Below are positions 51,792 to 60,830 of a stretch of 64,000 nucleotides of DNA, in pieces. Origin of the DNA: an uncultured Bdellovibrionales bacterium (GTDB lineage: Bacteria; Bdellovibrionota_C; UBA2361; SZUA-149); assembly GCA_965366815.1 (NCBI GenBank), contig CBDUGV010000002.1, forward strand, positions 758 through 64,757. Reading direction: 5' to 3'. A program made the position numbers and the translations under genes. Below the pieces are notes generated by a model. It saw nothing but the letters and a program-made list of their open reading frames with translations. It was not told where the DNA came from and searched no databases. The stretch's first letter is position 1. Each line of letters starts with the position of its first letter.

Positions 51792-53014
51792 GATACTACC
51801 GTGGGTTCAGGTATCGCGACGATGAACTTTCCACCGCGATTCGCAAATTCAGCCTGCTGTCGGATTATTTCATTTTTTAGGTTCCAAACAAGAATGACCA
51901 AATAGTCTGGTTGTCGTTTGTCAAACTCTTTTGGTGATACCACTGGAATGTGGACTCCTGGCATAAGACGATCCTGCTTCAACGGATTACGATCGACAAC
52001 AAAATCTATGGTTTCGATTCCTATTTCGCAATAGTTTAGTAGAACAGCCGCCTTCGCTGCTGCGCCATATGCAGCAATCGACTTACCTTCTGCCTTGAGT
52101 TTTGCAAGCATTGTAAGAAGTGAGTCCTTAATTGCAGCTACTCTAGTTGCGAACTGCAGATAATAGCCATCCCTATCGACCCCGCTCTCCTTCTCATTCC
52201 GAATAAGTTGTTCGACACTTGGAGAGGCGGGCAATGTGGTAGATCCTACAGTGATTCGCAATGAACCTCCATGGATTGCTACCTGTTCAACATCGATAAC
52301 GTGCATGTCGTAACGAGCAAACAGGCTCTTCAGAGAATGCAAAGAGAAATAGCAAAGATGCTCGTGATATATAGTGTCGAACTCGACATTCGATATCATT
52401 TCGACGAGGTAAGGTACTTCGATGACCGCAACTCCGGCTGGTTTTAAAATTTCTCGAATGCCAGCAACAAAACCGCCTAGATTCGCTACATGTGCAAGCA
52501 CGTTATTTGCTAAAAAAACATCCGCTTTTTTTCCAGATGCGCTCAACTGTTTGGCTACTTCGAAAGAGAAGAACTCGTTTATCGTATCTATTCCTTGTTC
52601 CTGGGCAATTTTCTGAATATTCGATGCTGGTTCTACGCCTAGGACCGAGATGCCAGCTTCTTGGAACACCTTAAGCATGTACCCGTCATTGCTACCTGCC
52701 TCGATTACGAGGCTCTCTGATCCCAACTTCCGTGATGAAATTATCGCACTAGCAGACTGTGCCGAATGAGCAAGCATAGTTTCCGAAAAACTAGAGAGAT
52801 AAAGATACTCGGAAAACAATATTTCCGGCGGGACTGTTTCAGTAATTTGCACAAGAGTACAAGAAGGACAAAAAACGACATCTAGGGGATAGCGTGGTTC
52901 GTCCTCAATCGAATTGTCTTCGGAAAGGAGACTATTGGCAAGAGGCATCCTACCAAGATCTAAAACCTCAACCAGATTCTCGGAATTGCAGATACGACAA
53001 CTAAAGGCACTCAT
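51788..53014 (-). CDS. Nucleotide-sugar C-methyltransferase (TylC3/NovU-like; Zn-binding N-domain, SAM methyltransferase, C-methyltransferase C-domain)
   Basis: N-terminal CRICNSENL...CPSCTLVQ zinc-binding domain. Central SAM motif, 408 aa as typical for the family. 4-nt overlaps on both sides. Confidence 0.65.
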   Translation of the reverse strand: MSAFSCRICNSENLVEVLDLGRMPLANSLLSEDNSIEDEPRYPLDVVFCPSCTLVQITETVPPEILFSEYLYLSSFSETMLAHSAQSASAIISSRKLGSESLVIEAGSNDGYMLKVFQEAGISVLGVEPASNIQKIAQEQGIDTINEFFSFEVAKQLSASGKKADVFLANNVLAHVANLGGFVAGIREILKPAGVAVIEVPYLVEMISNVEFDTIYHEHLCYFSLHSLKSLFARYDMHVIDVEQVAIHGGSLRITVGSTTLPASPSVEQLIRNEKESGVDRDGYYLQFATRVAAIKDSLLTMLAKLKAEGKSIAAYGAAAKAAVLLNYCEIGIETIDFVVDRNPLKQDRLMPGVHIPVVSPKEFDKRQPDYLVILVWNLKNEIIRQQAEFANRGGKFIVAIPEPTVVS

Positions 53015-53976
53015 TTTTTATTCCTGAAATACTCTCGATACCAATCAACCGTATGTGAAAGAGCTGCGTCGATTGCAAATTTCGGTTTCCAACCCAATAC
53101 TGTCTTTGCTCTCTGAGAATCTAAGATTTGTTCAATTATCTCGCCTTTGTTGCTGCCGAGAACCTCTGGTTCAATCTCGGGCACTTTCATGATGGTCTGT
53201 AGGAGCATTACAATATCTAAAACGCTCATCTTAGTCTCAGCACTAAAATTGAAAGCATTGCCTGGAACTTCGGGGTTTTCGATACTCTCAGCAAGCAAGA
53301 GAAACGCTTGAACTGCATCTTCGACATAAAAGTAGTCGCGAATTAGTGTCCCGTCAGAACGAATCACTGGTGACTCACTATGCAAATAGGCACGTATCGT
53401 TCCTGGAACAATGCGACTCCAGTTCAAATCGCCTCCGCCGAATACATTACCACAGCGCGCGATAGTTACTGGGAGTCCAAAAGAGTGATGATACGAAGAC
53501 GAAAGTAGATCCGTACAGCTTTTAGAGACGTCGTAGGGGTTTCTTCCGACGAGCGGATGATCCTCTTTGTACGGTAATTCGACTCCTTTTCCGTAGGCTT
53601 TATCGCTAGAGGATACGACCACCGCCCTTATCTGTTTCTCGTGCCTTCGACAGGCTTCCAATAAATTATAAGTTCCGCGAATATTTGTCTCAAACGCAGC
53701 TAAAGGATTTCTTTGAGCCGATCCGACAAGCGATTGAGCGCCCAGATGAATAACAGTATCAATTGCGTGGTCAACAATAGCGCGCTCCAGGCATGCAATA
53801 TCTTCAAGAGAGCCTGTCGCCACGGTGATGTTTTTCACCATGGATTCCTTAATCAAGGTTCGCTGGGTGTTCCAGTTGCGAACAAGGGCAACTACGTTTA
53901 CAGAGCGACTCAGCAACTCTGCTACGAGGTGAGAACCAATGAGTCCACTTGCTCCAGTGACAAAAACGTTCCGCAA
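53011..53976 (-). CDS. CDP-glucose 4,6-dehydratase-like extended SDR
   Basis: VFVTGASGLIGSHL, YDVSK. ARCGNVFGGGDLNWSRIVPG resembles the RfbG-specific segment. Adjacent to rfbF. Confidence 0.65.
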   Translation of the reverse strand: MRNVFVTGASGLIGSHLVAELLSRSVNVVALVRNWNTQRTLIKESMVKNITVATGSLEDIACLERAIVDHAIDTVIHLGAQSLVGSAQRNPLAAFETNIRGTYNLLEACRRHEKQIRAVVVSSSDKAYGKGVELPYKEDHPLVGRNPYDVSKSCTDLLSSSYHHSFGLPVTIARCGNVFGGGDLNWSRIVPGTIRAYLHSESPVIRSDGTLIRDYFYVEDAVQAFLLLAESIENPEVPGNAFNFSAETKMSVLDIVMLLQTIMKVPEIEPEVLGSNKGEIIEQILDSQRAKTVLGWKPKFAIDAALSHTVDWYREYFRNKK

Positions 53977-54006
53977 TGAGCTATCCCCTCTGAAGTGCTT
54001 AAAGTA

Positions 54007-54774
54007 TCACCAGATTTTCCACGGCGCTTTGCCCGAGGCCCAAAGGCTCTCAAGCAATCTTAGATCTCTTTGAGTATCCATGCATTGCCAGAAATCGAAG
54101 TGCTTGTATGCCTGCAATTCATTGTTCTTCGCGAGCTTTTCTAGTGGATCGCTTTCCCAAACGGTATCATCGTTTTCGATAAGTTTAATCACACTTGGTT
54201 CGAGTACAAAAAATCCGCCATTCACCCACCCCTCACCTATCTGCGGTTTCTCCTCGAAACTTTGAACTGCGTCGCCCGCTAAGGTGAGACCACCAAATCG
54301 AGCTGGCGGTCGAACCGCAGTCACTGTTGCTTGCTTTCCATGTGCTTCATGAAATTCAAGTAGTTGTGCAATATCCACGTTTGCAACGCCGTCACCATAG
54401 GTGAGAAAAAAACGCTCACCTTCAAGTAGTTGCGAAACTCGCTTTATCCGTCCACCGGTCATCGAGGAAATCCCTGTATCGTGCAGATGGACAGTCCAGT
54501 CTTCGCTTGGAGAGGTTTTAGGAGTGACTTCCCCATTCGCCAGATTGACGCTGAGATCCGACGAAAGTAGGCTGTATTGCATGAAATACTGTTTGATGAT
54601 CTCAGCCTTGTATCCAAGAGCAACAACGAACTCATTAAAGCCATAATGGGAAAAATGACGCATGATATGCCAAATGATTGGGCGGCCGCCAATTTCTACC
54701 ATTGGCTTAGGTCGAGTCGCAGTCTCTTCAGATAGGCGCGTGCCGAAGCCACCTGCGAGAATAACTACTTTCAT
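54007..54774 (-). CDS. rfbF: Glucose-1-phosphate cytidylyltransferase
   Basis: MKVVILAGGFGTRLSEETATRPKPMVEIGGRPIIWHIM is the canonical RfbF N-terminus. Start at the internal Met (ATG 54774). Confidence 0.85.
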   Translation of the reverse strand: MKVVILAGGFGTRLSEETATRPKPMVEIGGRPIIWHIMRHFSHYGFNEFVVALGYKAEIIKQYFMQYSLLSSDLSVNLANGEVTPKTSPSEDWTVHLHDTGISSMTGGRIKRVSQLLEGERFFLTYGDGVANVDIAQLLEFHEAHGKQATVTAVRPPARFGGLTLAGDAVQSFEEKPQIGEGWVNGGFFVLEPSVIKLIENDDTVWESDPLEKLAKNNELQAYKHFDFWQCMDTQRDLRLLESLWASGKAPWKIW

Positions 54775-55033
54775 ACAATTACCGTATTTGCTGATGCGGC
54801 ATAGTCTAGGCCGGTTATTAGATATCAATTAAACGTCAAATTAGGTATTCAATCAACTGTTTTTGACCTGAATGAAAAGGATTGTTGTTGGTCGTTGCAT
54901 CATGAACCCAAGTTACAGAATGCAGATGCAACGCGTGCCAATTCGGTTTCCTAACCAGTCATAACTAAGTAGGATTCAGTTACCCCCACGGAGAGTCTAT
55001 GTAAGAAATTGACCAATTTTAGATTGAAAAGTA

Positions 55034-56254
55034 ATGAGAGAGAGTACTCTATTTCCTCGAGACAGAATCAACCTGTTTTGTTGCCTTCTGTTCCTGGTGT
55101 TGTTTGGAACCTCCGTTGTTATCGATCGGGTCCTCTACGAACCCCAATCTTCTGGTTTTCTCGGACTCGGAACTCATGATTTCATTCAGCTCTGGACCGC
55201 GTTTCGCCTCTTTATCGTTGATAAGAATTTCTACGACCCCGCCTTAATTGGTCCACTTGAATACGCGTTGGGGTGGAATGAAGTTACACCTCTTTTGGTG
55301 TGGTACCCGCCTTGGTTATTTACCGTGATGGGGCCCGTGCTTTCGCTTGAGTCATTTGCGCATTCAGCTAGGCTTTGGACAATCTGCAATATTTTTTTCC
55401 TCGTGGGTAGCATCCGACTCTTGTCATCCCTCTATTGGAGAGATGAAGTTCCAATTCCCCCGATAGTTCTAACTCTCGCGTTCATACCAGTTGCGCAGTG
55501 CTTTGATTTTGGGCAAACTTCCCTACTCATTCTCTTCTTTATTACACTCTTTGTCTGGGCTTCGTCTCGGGGGCACTCGTTTTTGATGGCGCTGTCCTTC
55601 GTGGTTCTCTCAGTAAAACCACATCCACTCTATCTGTTTCATTTTTGTGCCGCCATTTGGATAATTCGAGAGAGAAACTGGAAGCTGATTGGATATTTCC
55701 TTCTTCTGTTTCTAACGCTGCTTACCTTCACTTTCATTATTTCTCCAACTGCGATTCCAAACTGGTTACATAGTTTTAGCTCCCCACCCATGCACTGGAT
55801 TACTGTGACCTTAGCGGGCTTCTGTCGCTTTTCTTGGAGCTTGATTACAGATGGCGAGGTGATCAATTGGCCGGTTTGGGGAATTCCTTTAGCTACTCTT
55901 GTTGGATTTAGTTGTTGGTATGCATCGCGAGTTAGGGCAGATCCAGCATTTACTATTGACTGGCTCAAGATCGCCCCGCCATTGACAGCTCTTTCGATTT
56001 TTACCGCTCCATACGGGTTTCTCTACGACCATGCACCAGTTGTGGTATCGCTCTTTGGAATCTGCAACAGAGAAGTCTGTGTGAGATATTCGTTTCTTTG
56101 GAAGATATTGTTGGTGATGCTAGTTCTTGCTGCGATAGCCCAAGGTAACGGAATGCCCGACCAGTTCTTCTTCTGGATGCCGTTTGCCGTATTGGTGTTT
56201 TGGAGTCGAAGTAGGCGAGTTCCATGGAGGCTGCAAGAAGCAGTTCAGAAATGA
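55034..56254 (+). CDS. Polytopic membrane protein, DUF2029/GT87-like GT-C glycosyltransferase (paralog 1)
   Basis: ~10 TM. YPPW-type motif (VWYPPWLF), APYGFLYD motif shared with paralog 2. Confidence 0.45.
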   Translation: MRESTLFPRDRINLFCCLLFLVLFGTSVVIDRVLYEPQSSGFLGLGTHDFIQLWTAFRLFIVDKNFYDPALIGPLEYALGWNEVTPLLVWYPPWLFTVMGPVLSLESFAHSARLWTICNIFFLVGSIRLLSSLYWRDEVPIPPIVLTLAFIPVAQCFDFGQTSLLILFFITLFVWASSRGHSFLMALSFVVLSVKPHPLYLFHFCAAIWIIRERNWKLIGYFLLLFLTLLTFTFIISPTAIPNWLHSFSSPPMHWITVTLAGFCRFSWSLITDGEVINWPVWGIPLATLVGFSCWYASRVRADPAFTIDWLKIAPPLTALSIFTAPYGFLYDHAPVVVSLFGICNREVCVRYSFLWKILLVMLVLAAIAQGNGMPDQFFFWMPFAVLVFWSRSRRVPWRLQEAVQK

Positions 56255-57558
56255 CAGCTATTGATCGACTACGGCCGCCTGTGTTCTTGCTCTCCGGATT
56301 GCTGCTGAGCTACTGGGGAATCACAGCAGCCTTACACCATAGCTTTCCCACTTTGATTTCCTTGTATCAACAAGTCCCCAACGACTTTTTGGCCTTTTGG
56401 TCGGCATTTCAGGTGTTTGCTGAAGGTGGAGACCCTTATGATTTGGCACTGCTAGAGGAAGTTCAAAAGCAGGTACATCCGGCTTTTGAAGGAGCACAGT
56501 TTTTCCTAAGCCCACCTTGGCTTCTCGTATTGTTTGCTCCAATTTTTTCATTGGATTTCTTTACGGCGAAGGATGCCTTCTTTGCCCTTAGTTGTTTTTC
56601 GTTTGTCGGTATCGGCTATTTTTCAACTGGTCTATTTTCTTCAAAATTCGATTCGCGGAGCGGACGGGCGTTATGTGCTGGCACTGTAACCGCAGCGATA
56701 TGCTTGTTGTTTGGGCAATTGACACTGTTCGTTGGGTTGGCTGTCCTTGGTTTTATCTACTCTATTGAAAAGCGCCATGATTTATCGTGCGGTCTCTGGA
56801 TGCCAGCGATTCTCTTGAAGCCTCATCTTTCCATTTTAGTACTTGCCGCGACTGGACTACTCGTTGTCTTTCAGCGGCGTCAAAAGATTGCGATATCAAT
56901 TCTCATAAGCATGGGTTCGTTTGCCCTGCTACCTGTGTTGCAACGGGCAACTGTATATGTCGATTGGTTTGGTGCCAGAAAACTCGCCGAAAGTAATGTA
57001 AGTGCAACATTGCCCTCAGTGCTATCGTTTCTGCTTCAGCCGCACCTTACCTGTCTCTTGCTCGGAACCGTATTGGGATACTTTGTTCTAAGAAGCTATA
57101 AGTCTCCAGTTGTTGCACTTATTGCTACTCTCTCTTTTGTAGCTGGACCAATTTTTCTCCTAAGTCGAACTGAGTTTGGAGCGGATATTATGGGCCAGGT
57201 GCAGTATATGCCAATTGCTTTAGCTGTTGTGATCATCTGCTATCGTTTGCGAAATGAGCTCGACACCTTTTCGCTGCTAGATTATTCGCCCGCGTTGATT
57301 ACAGCCTCCCTCATATTTGCGCCCTATGCTTGGTTTTATGATTTTGTATTGCTGCTCCCAGTGGCGGTTTACATCGTTTCTAGTCGTAGGGGGCCAGCGT
57401 TACTCCTATTTTCCGCGATAAATCTCCTTGCCGGAGTGCAGTTGTTACTTCACCCAAATCTGGCTGCACTCTTCTGGTATCCATTCTTTGTTGCGGCACT
57501 TTTCCTGTTGCGACCACTGAACAGTATGATCGAGGAGAAGACGAATGGAAGTGTGTAG
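56224..57558 (+). CDS. Polytopic membrane protein, DUF2029/GT87-like GT-C glycosyltransferase (paralog 2)
   Basis: LSPPWLLVLF and APYAWFYDF motifs colinear with paralog 1. 31-nt overlap with paralog 1. Confidence 0.45.
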   Translation: MEAARSSSEMTAIDRLRPPVFLLSGLLLSYWGITAALHHSFPTLISLYQQVPNDFLAFWSAFQVFAEGGDPYDLALLEEVQKQVHPAFEGAQFFLSPPWLLVLFAPIFSLDFFTAKDAFFALSCFSFVGIGYFSTGLFSSKFDSRSGRALCAGTVTAAICLLFGQLTLFVGLAVLGFIYSIEKRHDLSCGLWMPAILLKPHLSILVLAATGLLVVFQRRQKIAISILISMGSFALLPVLQRATVYVDWFGARKLAESNVSATLPSVLSFLLQPHLTCLLLGTVLGYFVLRSYKSPVVALIATLSFVAGPIFLLSRTEFGADIMGQVQYMPIALAVVIICYRLRNELDTFSLLDYSPALITASLIFAPYAWFYDFVLLLPVAVYIVSSRRGPALLLFSAINLLAGVQLLLHPNLAALFWYPFFVAALFLLRPLNSMIEEKTNGSV

Positions 57559-58843
57559 CAGGACATTTCGTCGACTCATTGAAAGCCAGCAGCCCATCTG
57601 GAAGTTTTCTCGTTGGTGCTGCCTTTTCGCGCTGAGCATTGGAGCAATAAAGACATTGCTCGATTCATTCGCCGCCTTGAAGTCCCCTCTCGTGTTTCGC
57701 AAAGATTTCCTGCAGGACTACCTTATTGCGCTCGCTCAACTCGACGGTCAACTTGTATACCAGCCGATAAATAAGCTGGCGGCACGTTTTGTCGAAACTC
57801 AGGGACTGGACCTCTTTTATCATCCTACGCCACATCCACCTTCGCTTCTCCCTTATCTTTTGCCGTTTGGGTTGACGTCCTATTCTGTTGCTGCGGCAAT
57901 TTGGTTGTTGCTCGAATTGCTCTGTCTCCTGCTAATCGCAAGACATTTACAAACGATACTGAGTTTGTCGCTCAAGTCGATGGGCGTAGTTTTTCTATTT
58001 CTTCTTTGTGCGCGTCCGATTTACGTCGAGCTCGTGCTGGGGCAAATAGGTTTGCTACTTGCCGTTTTGGTTTGCCGTTTGCTGTCATCTATTGAGCATG
58101 GCCGCAGTACCGAGGCTGGAGTTCTTCTCGGGTTAAGCATGTCGATAAAGTTCTTTGGAGCACCTATATTGTTGTATCTTCTGCTTAAACGACAATGGAG
58201 AACACTTTTCGCCTCCGCTGCGGTGTTCCTTTCGTCGTGCGCTGCGTTTATTGGGCTTCAGGATTTCAACAGTTTCCTTGGGTACTTTACTCAGGTCGTG
58301 CCTCGTGTATCTCAGTTGTATCGACTTGATGAACACAATCAGTCGCTGTGGACCATCGGAACACGCCTCTTTCAGGGGCTTCAGCCGGGTGGACAGATTA
58401 CGATAACGGCTCCCCCGCTCGTGCATGCACCAGAGATTGCCACTGTCGTTTCGGGGATACTCATTTCTGTCATTCTTCTTGGTTTGTACCTAAAGACAAA
58501 GAAAGATGATTTATTCGTAGGCGTCTGCTGTGTTGCGGCAATTGCTCCAATCGTCTCACCAGTTGCTTGGGTTCATGGCATGCTCGTACAGCTGGCTGTG
58601 CTGCCGTATCTTCTGAGACGCTGTCGGCTCATTGATGCGAGAAACGGAACCTATTGTGCCCTATTCGTCTTGTGTCTCTTTATGTTTTTAGGCGACGAAC
58701 TTCGCAATGCACTTATCGGAGAGCGCTATCACGTCTCATTCATTGAAGGGTGGGTCTCGGCGATTCCGATGATCACTATGATCGCGTTTACCTTCCTTGC
58801 GACCCAGATTCTCACCGAGAGGGGAGAGGCGAAAGTTACTTAA
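57545..58843 (+). CDS. Polytopic membrane protein, divergent DUF2029/GT87-like paralog 3
   Basis: Same size and topology, HPTPHPPS loop, SMSIKFF block colinear with VKPH/LKPH of paralogs 1 and 2. 14-nt overlap. Confidence 0.4.
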   Translation: MEVCSRTFRRLIESQQPIWKFSRWCCLFALSIGAIKTLLDSFAALKSPLVFRKDFLQDYLIALAQLDGQLVYQPINKLAARFVETQGLDLFYHPTPHPPSLLPYLLPFGLTSYSVAAAIWLLLELLCLLLIARHLQTILSLSLKSMGVVFLFLLCARPIYVELVLGQIGLLLAVLVCRLLSSIEHGRSTEAGVLLGLSMSIKFFGAPILLYLLLKRQWRTLFASAAVFLSSCAAFIGLQDFNSFLGYFTQVVPRVSQLYRLDEHNQSLWTIGTRLFQGLQPGGQITITAPPLVHAPEIATVVSGILISVILLGLYLKTKKDDLFVGVCCVAAIAPIVSPVAWVHGMLVQLAVLPYLLRRCRLIDARNGTYCALFVLCLFMFLGDELRNALIGERYHVSFIEGWVSAIPMITMIAFTFLATQILTERGEAKVT

Positions 58844-59660
58844 TTTTTAATGCCGTGTTCCAGAGCACTTCAAATATTAAACTGCGATAGAATGAAACAA
58901 TATCGGTATTTTCAAGTATTGTGCAGCTAATGTTTCTTTGAGAAATAGACTTCAAAGAAATGCAATTATTCCAAGAAATAAACCCAGAACGCCAATCAAA
59001 CGTGCTCGGTAGTAAGCGCACTTGAATCCGATACTCAGCCGCTTTTTCCAGAATTTTCTTGGCAAACTGAGCTTGCTCGGGGAATATCAACCGAGACCTA
59101 ATTCCGGCATCAGCTCGCCTTTGAAAGAAATCTTCAAGATATTCTGGAGTCAGATGCTCCGAGAAGAGTTGTACATCGATAATTGCTAAAAACTCATTTC
59201 GTGCTGAAAGTGTCATTTCAAGCATGCGCTTGAATCCTTCTACGCCTTGATAAAATTTCACATCGGGCGAATCTTGTTCTTCGGTGTGTACTCGTCGAAG
59301 GAGTCCGACTACATACCCAAGGTTTGCCTTGGCAGTGCTCAGCTCATTTTCTTTCACTTGAAAGAGACGAAAAAGAGAGTCAGGCTCCTCGGCTGCAATG
59401 AGTCGACGTTTCCCTTTTGTACTCTCAAACAGCAACCCCTTCTTAATCAGCTGCGCTACCGCACTGTGTACGGTGATTCTATTCTGGCCGAGCAACCCGG
59501 CTAGTTTTTGTATCGATTGAGGTCCGGATTGCAGAGCTGCGAGATAGATATCTACCTCGCGTTCGGTGCACTGGTAGATCAAGAGCTGTTCCCGGATAAA
59601 TCGCTTTTCGGCCTGACTGAGCATTTCGGTAGTATAAAGGGAGAACGAGGATCTACACAA
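58836..59660 (-). CDS. TrmB-family (sugar-responsive) transcriptional regulator
   Basis: N-terminal wHTH CTEREVDIYLAALQSGPQSIQKLAGLLGQNRITVHSAVAQLIKKGLL. C-terminal effector-like domain. Start may be the internal MLSQAEK. Confidence 0.5.
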   Translation of the reverse strand: MCRSSFSLYTTEMLSQAEKRFIREQLLIYQCTEREVDIYLAALQSGPQSIQKLAGLLGQNRITVHSAVAQLIKKGLLFESTKGKRRLIAAEEPDSLFRLFQVKENELSTAKANLGYVVGLLRRVHTEEQDSPDVKFYQGVEGFKRMLEMTLSARNEFLAIIDVQLFSEHLTPEYLEDFFQRRADAGIRSRLIFPEQAQFAKKILEKAAEYRIQVRLLPSTFDWRSGFISWNNCISLKSISQRNISCTILENTDIVSFYRSLIFEVLWNTALKIK

Positions 59661-59701
59661 AAGAAGATAGAATAACCGAGTTAAAAAAGTTGGTTTTCAA
59701 A

Positions 59702-60505
59702 TCAATTGGAGCGGATGGATACGCTGTAATCGATTTCGCAAATCTGAGAAGGGGATGTGAGTAGTTCTTCGCTTCGTTTTTTGAGAACTTTCGCCGCAAG
59801 GCCGGAGCGTTTGAGCCACCACAGCTTGAACAACACGAGTAGAGCCTGAAAAATAGCAGCATGGGATATCTTCGTTTGACCAAATTGTCTATCACGAAAA
59901 TGAATGGGAAATTCGGCCGTTTTTGTTGAGATTTGATTAATCCAGAAAACCGTTTCGACAAAAAACCCGTAGTCTGATGCCTTGAATGGAATAAGCGGCA
60001 ATTGCGTCAGCAAGTTTCGAGAAAAGCCCCGAAATGAGGTTGTCGATTCTTTCGACTTGATACCCAGGAGGACCCTTGTGAGCACGTTCGCACCGCGGCT
60101 GAGTACTTGTCGAAGAAAGCCGTAGTCACAACTTCCCCCAGAAACATAGCGAGATCCGATTACAAATTCGTGATTGTGCAAGAGCTGTATGATGATCGGG
60201 ATGTCGGAAGGTTGGTGTGAGAGGTCGGCATCAAGTGTGATCAGTGCATCGTACTCATTTTCGAGCGCGTATTGCATTATAATCAAATGAGCCGAACCGA
60301 TTCCCAGTTTTCTTGGACGAGAAAGATAGGCAAGTTGTGGGTAGAGATCCTTTGAGGATTCGAGGACTGCGCCAGTTCCATCGGGAGAGTTATCGTCTAC
60401 AACTAAGATATCCCCATCTGGAACTGCATCGACAACTTCAGCCAAGAAACGTCCAATATTGTCTACTTCGTTGTAGCTTGCTGTCGCGATTAGAATCTTG
60501 TTCAT
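59702..60505 (-). CDS. GT2 polyprenyl-phosphate sugar synthase (DPM1/Ppm1-like)
   Basis: ILIATASYNEVDNI, LVVDDNSPDGT, ITLDADLSHQP. C-terminal amphipathic/TM helix. Start at MNKIL (ATG 60505). Confidence 0.75.
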   Translation of the reverse strand: MNKILIATASYNEVDNIGRFLAEVVDAVPDGDILVVDDNSPDGTGAVLESSKDLYPQLAYLSRPRKLGIGSAHLIIMQYALENEYDALITLDADLSHQPSDIPIIIQLLHNHEFVIGSRYVSGGSCDYGFLRQVLSRGANVLTRVLLGIKSKESTTSFRGFSRNLLTQLPLIPFKASDYGFFVETVFWINQISTKTAEFPIHFRDRQFGQTKISHAAIFQALLVLFKLWWLKRSGLAAKVLKKRSEELLTSPSQICEIDYSVSIRSN

Positions 60506-60830
60506 GACGTACGAGAGGAATGAACAACCCAACGAGTGTTGATTCCGATAGTAGTACTCCTTATTCCCTTCAGTATGCGCTCTAAATCTGCTTCGAGAAA
60601 TGTATTCGGAGAATGGACTTCTTATTCTCAAAGTAGCCACTATAGATCGGCCTGACTAGGCATATCTGTCGTGTAAATGTCGAATAGAGTTCTACACAAA
60701 AACGCCAAAATAAAGCTAGAAAAACCACCAGGTTAGCAAAGTCTCCGAGCAAAAAGACGACATCGGTCAGACGAAAAGGGCTCGGCTCGCTACCCTTAGA
60801 CCTCTTCTCAAAGCAGTTCTGGAGGTCCCG

